Shown: positions 52,728 to 61,448 of the stretch, piece after piece
How positions within the stretch are numbered: position 1 is the first letter of the stretch
Layout: each line of letters starts with the position of its first letter
DNA from: Prevotellaceae bacterium UBA1075
Lineage (GTDB): Bacteria > Bacteroidota > Bacteroidia > Bacteroidales > Bacteroidaceae
NCBI GenBank assembly: GCA_002316015.1
Contig: DCCS01000032.1
Location: 208,234-272,233, forward strand
Length of the DNA stretch: 64,000 nucleotides
Direction of reading: 5' to 3'
Translations under genes and position numbers: made by a program
Notes under the pieces: model-generated
Told to the model about the DNA's origin: nothing
Seen by the model: the letters and a program-made list of their open reading frames with translations, nothing else
Database searches by the model: none

Positions 52728-54008
52728 TCATGCCAGTCCGTTCAGGCGCCGGGTCTCCTCCACGTCCATGGCCTCGGCCAGGATGCTGATTGGATGCATC
52801 ACCCTGGCCCGTGTGGACATCTCTATCTGCCACTTGCATGTCTCGCAGTCGCACACCACACAGTCGGCATGGGCGTCCTCTATCTGGCGGAAGAGGCTGG
52901 CCCCTATCTTTTGGGATATGCCGTAGTTCTCCACCTTGAACCCGTAGGTGCCGCCGATGCCGCAGCATTGCGAGTCCAGGATCACGAGGTCCACGCCGGG
53001 AATCATCTTGATGAGCTCGGTGCTGTATATGGCCCAGCCCAGCCTCTCCATGTGGCAGGCGGTGTGGTAGGCCAGCCTGCGGCGGTAGTCCTTGCGGAAC
53101 GCGAGCCTCACGTTCCCGTTCTCCACCAGGCGGAAGATGTACCTGGTGGCCAGCGAGAGGTGCTTCCGTGCCACATCGTTGTTGATGTGCAGCAGATGCT
53201 CGTACTCCTCGCGCATGGTGAAGGTGCACGTGCTGCCGGTGGCGATGATGTCCATGCCCCGTGCTGTCGCGCGCCTCATGGCGGCCATGTTGGCCACACC
53301 CTGTCGGCGCGCCTCGCGGGGCATGCTGTTGGTTATCTTGGCCACTCCGCAGCACTTCTCCCCCTGGAGCAGCTGCACTCCGTAGCCTATGGCGTTCATC
53401 ACCCCCACGAGTTCCTGTCCGAGCTGCGGGTAGTTGTAGTTGACATAGCAGCCATGGAAGAATCCCACCTGGTGCGGATAGCGCAGTTGCTCCCCGGCAC
53501 AGTTCTTCTGGTACCACTTGCGGAACGTCTGCGCCGCATACTTGGGCATCGTCCTGCGCTTGTCGATGGCCATGATGCCATGCATGAACACCGTCTTGAA
53601 GAGTGGCATGGCCAGCATGCCATTCACGAGCGGTGCCATGTGCGTGGCCATTGTGCCCACGAAGTCGGTGTTGCACAGGAGCGTCTCGCGCAGGAATGGG
53701 AAGGGTCTCCATGAGCGCGCGTAAGGCGCGTAACGGATGCGCGCGCTCTGTATGATGTCGCCTATCTGCACGCCTTGGGGGCACGCCACCTCGCACCGCT
53801 TGCAGTTGAGGCACATCTTCAGAGCCTTGTCGTCATAGTAGCGCGGGTCTTTCATCCGGTACCGCTCACCGTCGGGGCCCGCCTGCTTGGGGCCTGGATA
53901 CCGTGTGGTCACGCCCGACACGGGGCAATAGACCGTGCATATCGAGCATTTGAGGCAAGCCTCCAGTTCCTTCTCGCTGATGCTCAACAGTTGTATCTTC
54001 TTGGACAT
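52728..54008 (-). CDS. glpC: Anaerobic glycerol-3-phosphate dehydrogenase subunit C
   Basis: The start was trimmed to the ATG at 54008 (MSKKIQLLSISEKELEACLKCSICTVYCP). It has two 4Fe-4S motifs (CLKCSICTVYCP, CLNCKRCEVACP) and two CCG cysteine-rich domains (EKCCG, SQCCGIGG). Confidence 0.9.
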   Translation of the reverse strand: MSKKIQLLSISEKELEACLKCSICTVYCPVSGVTTRYPGPKQAGPDGERYRMKDPRYYDDKALKMCLNCKRCEVACPQGVQIGDIIQSARIRYAPYARSWRPFPFLRETLLCNTDFVGTMATHMAPLVNGMLAMPLFKTVFMHGIMAIDKRRTMPKYAAQTFRKWYQKNCAGEQLRYPHQVGFFHGCYVNYNYPQLGQELVGVMNAIGYGVQLLQGEKCCGVAKITNSMPREARRQGVANMAAMRRATARGMDIIATGSTCTFTMREEYEHLLHINNDVARKHLSLATRYIFRLVENGNVRLAFRKDYRRRLAYHTACHMERLGWAIYSTELIKMIPGVDLVILDSQCCGIGGTYGFKVENYGISQKIGASLFRQIEDAHADCVVCDCETCKWQIEMSTRARVMHPISILAEAMDVEETRRLNGLA

Positions 54009-54045
54009 AACGCTTCCCTTGTGTTGTTTCTCCTGTATGCGCGTA

Positions 54046-55293
54046 TTATTTCTCCAGTATGCGCTGCGCCACGCGCAGGGCCGTGACCATGTCCACCCCG
54101 GCCCCGTCGGCCTGCCTTGCCGCGTTGTGGCCACCCAGCACAGCCCCTGCCGCATAGAGGTTGCTGATGGCCCGCCCGCCCTTTAGTGCCTGCATGGACG
54201 CGTTCACCCTCACCCCATAATACATGTAGGGCTGGTCGTCAAAGACCGACGGGCTCACCCACTGCATGCGGTCGGCGGGGGCTGTGGTGTCCAGGTCAAA
54301 GACAGGCTCGTATACCCGCTCGTAGTTGGCCTTGAGCCCGTCGCTGGCAAAGGAGCCCGTCGCGAGCACAAAGTCATCGGCCTCCAGCCGTTCGTCGGGC
54401 AGCAGGGATGTCTCCACAAAGTGCAGGTGGCCGTCCTTGATCCGCCCCCCCGTCACGGTGTTTCCCAGCATGTACACCCCGCCCAGGCTGGCGAAGTGCT
54501 TCCGCAGCAGTGTCTGCACGCGCACGCCCGGCACCGAGGGTGGCATGGTGCTGAGGAAATGCAGGGGCTTCTGTACGCGTCCGCGTATGAACTCCACCGC
54601 CTCCTGCGAGTCCAGTCCCACTATCGCGGGCATGATGACGGCCTCGGCTCCGGAGGCCGCCTTGTTGATGCGGGCGGCGACCTGCTGCAGTTTCTTGTCA
54701 CGGGCGAGCACCTTGGCCAGGTTGGCCGAGCGCATCTCTGAGGGGCTTTGCCGCCTGTGTGTCAGCGAGGGCACCGACATGGAAGCCGTCTCCACCTGCG
54801 CTCCCAGCCGCCGCAGTCCCTCGGTGACGAGGGACACGGGGAAGTCCATGAAGCCAGGCACGCTGACCAGGAGCACCTTCCTGTAGGGGAACGACTCCGG
54901 ATCCTGCACCGTCAGGTAGTCATCGAGGGAGAACCATGTGGGTCTGAGCGACCCGGTGGGGGTCATGCGGAAGTGGTTGTGTGTCATTCCGCCCTGTCCG
55001 CTGAGCCCGCTCTCGGTGAATATTCTGAGAGCCTGCGTGGCCAGCAGGGGCACGTTGTCAATCCCCACCAGATGATACGGGTGCTTGGCATCAAGCGCGT
55101 GTATGGCCTCGAAGGGGTTGGTCACCTGTTGTCCGCAGGTGTCGTAACCCAGTATGTCAAATGAGCCCGAGCTGAAATGTAACGTGCTTTGCCCTGCGGC
55201 GATGATTGCCACATGACGTCCCTCGCGTGCCAGGGCTATGCCGCAAAGCAGCCCGCTTAACCCGCCGCCAATGATTATGTTGTCAAATTTCAT
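54046..55293 (-). CDS. glpB: Anaerobic glycerol-3-phosphate dehydrogenase subunit B
   Basis: 415 aa. The N-terminal FAD fold is DNIIIGGGLSGLLCGIALAREG, and it sits between glpA and glpC. Confidence 0.9.
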   Translation of the reverse strand: MKFDNIIIGGGLSGLLCGIALAREGRHVAIIAAGQSTLHFSSGSFDILGYDTCGQQVTNPFEAIHALDAKHPYHLVGIDNVPLLATQALRIFTESGLSGQGGMTHNHFRMTPTGSLRPTWFSLDDYLTVQDPESFPYRKVLLVSVPGFMDFPVSLVTEGLRRLGAQVETASMSVPSLTHRRQSPSEMRSANLAKVLARDKKLQQVAARINKAASGAEAVIMPAIVGLDSQEAVEFIRGRVQKPLHFLSTMPPSVPGVRVQTLLRKHFASLGGVYMLGNTVTGGRIKDGHLHFVETSLLPDERLEADDFVLATGSFASDGLKANYERVYEPVFDLDTTAPADRMQWVSPSVFDDQPYMYYGVRVNASMQALKGGRAISNLYAAGAVLGGHNAARQADGAGVDMVTALRVAQRILEK

Positions 55294-55320
55294 TCGCTTG
55301 TCACTTTAATGCATGCACAG

Positions 55321-56952
55321 TCACCATGCGCTGTCCTGGGTCGTTCTCAAGTCTGCGGCTCCTATTCCGCACAGGTCCTGGTAGATGTGTGCGGTGAGTT
55401 GTGCCTCGCTCAGTGTGGCTCCCCATGCCACAGGGTACATGCCCCTCCACCGCTCGTTGATGAACGCGGCCGTGTCGGCAACGGTGTCCTTGGGAGACCT
55501 GCCCAGCAATTGGCTTATCAGGCATGATGCCCTGAGCGTGCACAACTGCCCCTGGCATGTGCCCATGCCCACCCTCGTGCGGCGGCGCAACTGGTCGATG
55601 CTGTCCACCGCGTGGTTGCTGAGGGCGTGCTTCACCTCGCCCACCGTAACCTCCTCGCACTCACACACCAATGAGTTGTCTATCTCGTCATCAGAAGCGA
55701 TGCTGCCTGCAAGCGAGCCGTGACGGCCAAGGCGTGCCATGAAGGCAAAGATTTGCTTCTCGGGCAACTTCACCTCGCTCTCCTCTGCGCCCGGCAGTGG
55801 GGTTACGGCTGTCATGCAGGGCTTGTCGACGCCCAGCTTCCGGCACACCATGTCGGTGGCCTGTTCGGCCATGGCACGGTACGTCATGAGTTTTCCGCCG
55901 GTGATGGTGATGAAGCCGGCCAGTCCGTCGCGGCTCTCGTGGTCCAGGCACACGATGCCCCGGCTGATGCTTCGGCCACTGGGGTCATTGTCGCTTGCCA
56001 CCAGCGGGCGCACGCCTGAGTATGCGCGCAGGATGCGCGTGCTTGCCAGCGAGGGCACCAGTTGCATGCCCTCGGTCAGCAGCGTCTCCACCTCCCGCTG
56101 TGTGACCCTCATGTCGTCCACGGTCTCAATGGGCACGCGGTCAGATGTGGTGCCCAGCACGGTGATGGCATCCCCCGGCACCAGGATGTCCGCGTTGGCG
56201 GGCTTACGGCAGCGGTTTATGACCATGTTGTTCACGCGGTGCCCAAAGATGAGCAGCGACCCCTTGGCCGGGAACATGCTTACCGTCACGCCGGCCTTCC
56301 TGGCCACGAGTGTGCCCCAGATGCCCGCCGCGTTGACTGTCACGCGAGCCCTGTGCTCATGCTCCTCGCCCGTGCGGTGGTCTTTCACGCGCACTCCGAG
56401 CACCCTGCCGCCCTCAATGATGAAGGACATCAACTCGGTGTGCGTAAATATCTGTGCCCCATGTCTGTAAGCATCCAGCGCATTGGCCATTGTCAGGCGA
56501 AACGGGTCGATAGACCCGTCGGGTACTCTCACTGCGCCCACAAGTGCAGGATTGACCGACGGCTCCAGCCGCATGGCCTCTTCGGGGGAGAGCGTGTCGA
56601 CCCTGATGCCGGCCTTGCGGCACGCCTCCACGAAGCGCGCCTGATAGGCCAGGTCATCCTCGGGTAGCGTGATGAAGAGTCCGTCATGCTGCTCCACATA
56701 CGGACGTGCGATGCGGCGCAGTATCATGTTCTCCTCGATACACTCGCGCGCCGACTCCTGGTCGGTGACCGCATAGCGTGCCCCGCTGTGCAGCAAGCCA
56801 TGGTTGCGGCCCGTGGCTCCGGTGGCCAGGTCGTTCCTCTCCACGAGCAGCACGCTCATGCCGCGCATGGAGCAGTCACGCGCCACGCCCACGCCGGTCG
56901 CCCCGCCGCCTATCACTATCACATCATATTCCTTCTGTGCGGTATCGCCCAT
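55321..56952 (-). CDS. glpA: Anaerobic glycerol-3-phosphate dehydrogenase subunit A
   Basis: 543 aa. Motifs are YDVIVIGGGATGVGVARDCSMRG, GATGRNHGLLHSGARY and a C-terminal BFD-like 2Fe-2S region (CECE...GMGTCQGQLC). Confidence 0.93.
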   Translation of the reverse strand: MGDTAQKEYDVIVIGGGATGVGVARDCSMRGMSVLLVERNDLATGATGRNHGLLHSGARYAVTDQESARECIEENMILRRIARPYVEQHDGLFITLPEDDLAYQARFVEACRKAGIRVDTLSPEEAMRLEPSVNPALVGAVRVPDGSIDPFRLTMANALDAYRHGAQIFTHTELMSFIIEGGRVLGVRVKDHRTGEEHEHRARVTVNAAGIWGTLVARKAGVTVSMFPAKGSLLIFGHRVNNMVINRCRKPANADILVPGDAITVLGTTSDRVPIETVDDMRVTQREVETLLTEGMQLVPSLASTRILRAYSGVRPLVASDNDPSGRSISRGIVCLDHESRDGLAGFITITGGKLMTYRAMAEQATDMVCRKLGVDKPCMTAVTPLPGAEESEVKLPEKQIFAFMARLGRHGSLAGSIASDDEIDNSLVCECEEVTVGEVKHALSNHAVDSIDQLRRRTRVGMGTCQGQLCTLRASCLISQLLGRSPKDTVADTAAFINERWRGMYPVAWGATLSEAQLTAHIYQDLCGIGAADLRTTQDSAW

Positions 56953-57018
56953 CTCTCTTCTCTGTAAGTTGTCCGCGTCGTCTCTTCGTGAACTCTCCGT
57001 CCCATTCTCCGCCGTGCC

Positions 57019-58686
57019 TTATGACAGCCCCTCGATGTGTCCGTTCACCAGGTCTATGCGCTCCGCCTGCGGACTCCTGGGCAATCCCGGCATCCGCATG
57101 ATGTCTCCCGCCACCAGCACCAGCATCTCCGCGCCACAGTTGATGACGATGTCACGCACGTTGACCGTGAACCCCCGGGGCACTCCGTAAGCCTTCGCGT
57201 CGGCCGAGAACGAGTACTGTGTCTTGGCGATGCACACCGGGTAGTGGCTGATGCCCATTTCCCGCACGCGCTGCAGCGCCTTCCTGGCTGTGGGTGAGAA
57301 TGTGACCCCGCTGGCCCCGTACACCTTGCGTGCCACGGCCTCGGCCTTCTCCTCCACGCTCATGCTGTCCTCGTAGGCCAGTCGCAGCGGCTCGCTGGGA
57401 TGCTCATCAATGGTTTGCACCACCAGGCGCGCCAGTTCCTCGGCTCCTGCCCCGCCCTCGTTGAAGGCGTTGTTGACGGCAAAGGGCACGCCCAGTTCCG
57501 CGCAGTGCCGGCGGCAGAGGTCAATCTCCCCGTCCGTGTCTGTGGCATAGCGGTTGAAGCACACCAGCACCGTCTGCCCGAATCCCTGTATGTTGTGTAT
57601 GTGCCTGTCCAGGTTGGCCAGTCCGCGTGCCAGCCCGTCGGCGTTGAGCCGCTTGATCTCCTCCAGGGGCACTCCCCCGTGCATCTTCAGCCCCTGTGTG
57701 GTGGCCACCAGCACGGTGAGGGCTGGCTGCAGCCCGCTCTTGCGGCACATGATGTCATAGAACTTCTCGGCGCCGAGGTCGGCGCCGAATCCCGCCTCGG
57801 TCACAACGTAGTCGCCAAAGGTGAGGGCCATTCTGGTGGCCAGCACGCTGTTGCATCCGTGCGCGATGTTGGCAAAGGGGCCGCCATGCACGAGGGCGGG
57901 TGTCTGCTCGGTGGTCTGCACCAGGTTGGGCAGCAGGGCGTCCTTGAGCAGGACGCATATCGCGCCCGCCACGCCCATGTCCTTGACTCTGAACGGGGAA
58001 CCGTCGGCCTTGATACCCAGCAGGATGTTCTCCACGCGGCGGCGCAGGTCGTCCTCCCCGCTTGCCAGACAGAGTATGGCCATGATCTCGCTTGCGGGTG
58101 TGATGTCAAATCCACTCTCCATCACCACCCCGTTGGTCTTGGCCCCCAGGCCCGTCACGATGGAGCGCAGGTTGCGGTCGTTGATGTCAATCACCCTCCT
58201 CCAGAGCACCTCGCGCAGCGAGAAGCCCTCGTCGCGGTGCTGGTAGATGTAGTTGTCGAGCAGGGCCGCAATCATGTTGTGCGCCGAGGTGACCGCATGG
58301 AAGTCACCCGTGAAGTGCAGGTTTATCTTGTCCATGGGCAGCACCTGGGCATACCCGCCGCCCGCCGCCCCGCCCTTCATGCCGAAGCACGGGCCCAGCG
58401 ACGGCTCGCGCAGCGCCACCACAGCCTTCTTCCCGATGCGGTTGAGGCCGAGCGCGAGCCCCACACTCACCGTGGTCTTCCCGATGCCTGCCTTGGTGGG
58501 TGTGATGGCGGTGACCAGTATCAGCCTGTGCTGCCTGGCACGCCTGTCATCTATCTGTTCCAGAGGAATCTTGGCGGCATACCTTCCATAGGGCTCTATG
58601 GCCTCGGGGGGAACGCCCAGGTCACCGGCTACCTGTGCGATAGGCTTCAGCGGTGTCTCGCGCGCAATCTCGATGTCAGTCTTCAT
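57019..58686 (-). CDS. fhs: Formate-tetrahydrofolate ligase
   Basis: 555 aa. Motifs are [47 protein letters not shown] and [14 protein letters not shown]. Confidence 0.97.
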   Translation of the reverse strand: MKTDIEIARETPLKPIAQVAGDLGVPPEAIEPYGRYAAKIPLEQIDDRRARQHRLILVTAITPTKAGIGKTTVSVGLALGLNRIGKKAVVALREPSLGPCFGMKGGAAGGGYAQVLPMDKINLHFTGDFHAVTSAHNMIAALLDNYIYQHRDEGFSLREVLWRRVIDINDRNLRSIVTGLGAKTNGVVMESGFDITPASEIMAILCLASGEDDLRRRVENILLGIKADGSPFRVKDMGVAGAICVLLKDALLPNLVQTTEQTPALVHGGPFANIAHGCNSVLATRMALTFGDYVVTEAGFGADLGAEKFYDIMCRKSGLQPALTVLVATTQGLKMHGGVPLEEIKRLNADGLARGLANLDRHIHNIQGFGQTVLVCFNRYATDTDGEIDLCRRHCAELGVPFAVNNAFNEGGAGAEELARLVVQTIDEHPSEPLRLAYEDSMSVEEKAEAVARKVYGASGVTFSPTARKALQRVREMGISHYPVCIAKTQYSFSADAKAYGVPRGFTVNVRDIVINCGAEMLVLVAGDIMRMPGLPRSPQAERIDLVNGHIEGLS

Positions 58687-58722
58687 TCGCTTTGTTTTAG
58701 CCTGATGTTTGCTTATTACTTA

Positions 58723-58730
58723 CAAATGTA
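58723..58730 (-). promoter_or_regulatory. -7 box TACATTTG (minus) upstream of fhs
   Basis: Plus strand reads caaatgta, 36 nt upstream of the ATG at 58686. I found no further TAnnTTTG box between here and the end of the glp block at 48579. Confidence 0.5.
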
Positions 58731-58764
58731 CTCCCTTTTGTTGGTTAGACAAGGCAAAACTGCG

Positions 58765-58772
58765 TATTTTTG
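58765..58772 (+). promoter_or_regulatory. -7 box TATTTTTG upstream of the aldose-epimerase-like gene
   Basis: Exact TAnnTTTG match 33 nt upstream of the ATG at 58806. It lies inside the longer track ORF starting at 58770, which supports the trimmed start. Confidence 0.5.
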
Positions 58773-58805
58773 CATACGGATACACACAAACCAACAGCCT
58801 GCGGC

Positions 58806-59678
58806 ATGGAACATACTATAAAGGACGGACAGTTGACCCTGTGCGTTGACAGCAAGGGCGCGGAGATAACGAGCCTCACCAGCGGTGGCAAGGACATCAT
58901 CTGGCGGGGCGACACGGAATATTGGGAAGAGCACTGCCCCACCCTGTTTCCCTGTATCGGGGGCAATTCTGGAGGAGTCCTGCGCCTGGGCGGCAAGGAG
59001 TTCCCGCTCAGGAAGCACGGCTTCGCGAAGTGCATGGAGTTCACGCTGGAGGAGGCCACCGGGGAGAGCCTCACCTACAGTCTCACGCAGACGGGCGACA
59101 CCCTGAAGTCCTTTCCCTATGCCTTCCGCTTCAGCATCACTTACCGCCTGGAGGGCGGCACCCTGCATGTGACATGGCGCGTGCGCAACGACTCCGGCGA
59201 GACGATGCCCTTCATGGTGGGCGCGCATCCCGCGCTCGTGCTGCCCGGCTTCAATGCGGGTGACAGCGTGCACGGGTACCTGCGCTTCCCCGAGGTGGAC
59301 TGCCTGCTGAGCACCCACACGAAGACACACGGGCTGGCCGAGCCCGGCAGAACAGAACCGTTCCCGCTCACAGACCACCTGCTGCCCCTGGGCAACGACA
59401 CCTTCGCGGGCGACACCATCCTCGACTGCACAGGGCGGATAAGCCGCGTGGAACTGCTCGGCAAGGAGCGGGAGCCACTGGTGCGCGTTGACTTCCACAT
59501 GCCCGTGCTGGCACTGTGGGCGCCGAAGGCGGGATGCTGCCCCTTTGTGTGCGTGGAGCCCTGGGCCGGCTGCTGCGACGAGTGGCAGGGCGAGAAGCCC
59601 TTTGACCGCCGTCCGTTTGTCAACAAGGCAGAGCCCGGCAAGGAGTGGACGCTGTCCTACACGCTCAGCGTGCTCTGA
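58806..59678 (+). CDS. Aldose 1-epimerase family protein (galactose-mutarotase-like fold)
   Basis: 290 aa. Motifs are DSKGAEITSL, LFPCIGG, HGFAKCMEF, F.F.ITYRLEG..L.V.W.V.N, FMVGAHPA and EPWAG. Confidence 0.8.
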   Translation: MEHTIKDGQLTLCVDSKGAEITSLTSGGKDIIWRGDTEYWEEHCPTLFPCIGGNSGGVLRLGGKEFPLRKHGFAKCMEFTLEEATGESLTYSLTQTGDTLKSFPYAFRFSITYRLEGGTLHVTWRVRNDSGETMPFMVGAHPALVLPGFNAGDSVHGYLRFPEVDCLLSTHTKTHGLAEPGRTEPFPLTDHLLPLGNDTFAGDTILDCTGRISRVELLGKEREPLVRVDFHMPVLALWAPKAGCCPFVCVEPWAGCCDEWQGEKPFDRRPFVNKAEPGKEWTLSYTLSVL

Positions 59679-59713
59679 GCGCCGCATGGCCCAAACATCG
59701 TTGCCAGTAAGAC

Positions 59714-60811
59714 ATGATACTGAACAGGCTGTCCATACTCAACTACAAGAACATCTCCACGGCCGAGCTTGACTTCGCGCCGAAGCTCAATTGCCTGGTG
59801 GGGATGAACGGCGAGGGGAAGACAAACGTGCTGGACGCAATCCATTTCCTGAGCCTGGCCAAGAGCGCGACCACAAGCATGGACTCGCAGGCCATCACGC
59901 ACGGCCAGGACCTGATGGCCCTGGAGGGCCTGTACGAGCACGAGGACGGCACCCCCGAGGACATACACATGGGTCTGAGGAGGGGGCAGAAGAAGGTGCT
60001 GCGCCGGGGCAAGAAGGCTTACCGGAGGCTTGCGGAGCACATCGGGCTGATACCCCTGGTGATGGTGTCGCCCGCCGACCAGTGGCTCATAGCCGGGGGG
60101 AGCGAGGAGCGCAGGCGCTTCATGGACATCGTCATATCGCAGTACAACCCCTTGTACCTGGAGGCACTCATGCGCTACAACAAGGCCCTGCAGCAGCGCA
60201 ACGCCCTGCTCAAGCAGGAGGAGGAGCCCGACGGCGACCTGCTCTCGCTGCTTGAGGAGGAGATGGCGCGCTCGGGGGGGTGCGTCTATGGGGCGCGGAA
60301 GGATTACGTGGAGCGCTTCACGCCCACCTTCCAGCACTTCTACGGCCTCATCTCGCAGGACAAGGAGCGGGTGAGCCTGCGATACACCTCGCACGGCGAG
60401 CGCGGGGACTTGCTGGAGGTCATACGCCACAGCCGCGCCAGGGACCGCGCCACAGGCTACTCGCTGCACGGCACGCACCGCGACGACCTGGAGATGCAGA
60501 TGGGCGGGTTTCCCATCCGGCGCGAGGGCTCGCAGGGGCAGAACAAGACGTACCTCATCGCGCTCAAGCTTGCGCAGTTTGACTTCCTGCGCCAGACGGG
60601 CAGCCACACCACACCGCTGCTGCTGCTCGACGACATCTTCGACAAACTGGATGCGGGGCGGGTGGAGCAAATCATCAGACTGGTGAGCGGTGACCACTTC
60701 GGGCAGATCTTCATCACAGACACCAACCGCGAGCACCTCGACCACATCCTGGCCTCGACAAGCAGCAGTTACCGCCTGTTTCATGTAAAGGGAGGGGAGA
60801 TAAGCACATGA
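59714..60811 (+). CDS. recF: DNA replication and repair protein RecF
   Basis: 365 aa. N-terminus is L.ILNYKNI....L.F..KLNCLVGMNGEGKTNVLDAI (Walker A). The signature is GSQGQNKTYLIALKLAQ and Walker B is LLLLDDIFDKLD. Confidence 0.93.
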   Translation: MILNRLSILNYKNISTAELDFAPKLNCLVGMNGEGKTNVLDAIHFLSLAKSATTSMDSQAITHGQDLMALEGLYEHEDGTPEDIHMGLRRGQKKVLRRGKKAYRRLAEHIGLIPLVMVSPADQWLIAGGSEERRRFMDIVISQYNPLYLEALMRYNKALQQRNALLKQEEEPDGDLLSLLEEEMARSGGCVYGARKDYVERFTPTFQHFYGLISQDKERVSLRYTSHGERGDLLEVIRHSRARDRATGYSLHGTHRDDLEMQMGGFPIRREGSQGQNKTYLIALKLAQFDFLRQTGSHTTPLLLLDDIFDKLDAGRVEQIIRLVSGDHFGQIFITDTNREHLDHILASTSSSYRLFHVKGGEIST

Positions 60812-61098
60812 AGAGGTTCAACACCGAGGGCATCTCCGACATCCTGGGCAAGTTCCTGCGCGAGGAGGGGCTGGAGATTCCGCTGCTCGAGCACCGCGCC
60901 CTGCGAGCCTGGCCCGAAGTGATGGGCCAGGCCATCGCCCGCTACACATCCGACCTGCGGATACGCAACGGCATCCTGTACGTCAAGGTGAGCAGCGCGC
61001 CCCTGCGCCAGAACCTGCAGATGGCGCACAAGAGCATCGCCGACAAAATCAACAACCATGTGGGATCGCATGTGCTCACGGACGTGAGGATGGTGTAG
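60808..61098 (+). CDS. DUF721 (DciA-like) protein
   Basis: 96 aa. It overlaps the recF stop by ATGA. Motifs are W.EVMGQAIARYTSDLRIRNGILYVKVSSAPLRQNLQM....I..KIN. The position after recF is typical for DUF721. Confidence 0.8.
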   Translation: MKRFNTEGISDILGKFLREEGLEIPLLEHRALRAWPEVMGQAIARYTSDLRIRNGILYVKVSSAPLRQNLQMAHKSIADKINNHVGSHVLTDVRMV

Positions 61099-61240
61099 GG
61101 GCCCAGGAACAGAACAACCCCATCCCATGCCGCAAGGCCCCCTCCCCTGCCTCCCCCGGAGGGGAGGAGTATTGTCCTCTGACTCATTGCCACGGCTGCC
61201 CAACATGCAGGGGCAGGATTCTTGAGACCTTCATCAAAAA

Positions 61241-61362
61241 AACGCAGTGCGCCGCATCAGCCAACGCAGTGCGCCGCATCAGCCAACGCAGTGCGCCGCA
61301 TCCGCCAACGCAGCGCGCCGCATCCGCCAACGCAGCGCGCCGCATCAGCCAATGCAGTGCGC
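61241..61362. repeat. 22-bp tandem repeat array, 5.5 copies
   Basis: There are two copies of AACGCAGTGCGCCGCATCAGCC, then AACGCAGTGCGCCGCATCCGCC, AACGCAGCGCGCCGCATCCGCC, AACGCAGCGCGCCGCATCAGCC and a partial AATGCAGTGCGC. The array lies between the DUF721 gene and the 3' end of the convergent TonB-dependent receptor gene. Confidence 0.92.
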
Positions 61363-61448
61363 TTGAGGAAAGGCAATGAGGTGGCTTGTTGGTTTTTCAG
61401 TCAAGGAAGCATTCTCTTGGCTTCACCGCGTGGCAGCCCACCCGTGCC

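Noticed and set aside
61150-61167. CCTCCCC-CGGA-GGGGAGG hairpin after the DUF721 gene, considered as an intrinsic terminator.
   Set aside because: It has only a 7-bp stem and no U tract on either side, so it is too weak to list as a feature. Termination may instead involve the adjacent 22-bp repeat array.
61241-61362. Possible CRISPR array, or iterons/oriC next to recF.
   Set aside because: The 22-bp units are directly abutting with no spacers, and there are no cas genes. The region is GC-rich, and I could find neither a DnaA-box-like motif (TTATCCACA or its complement) nor an AT-rich unwinding element nearby.
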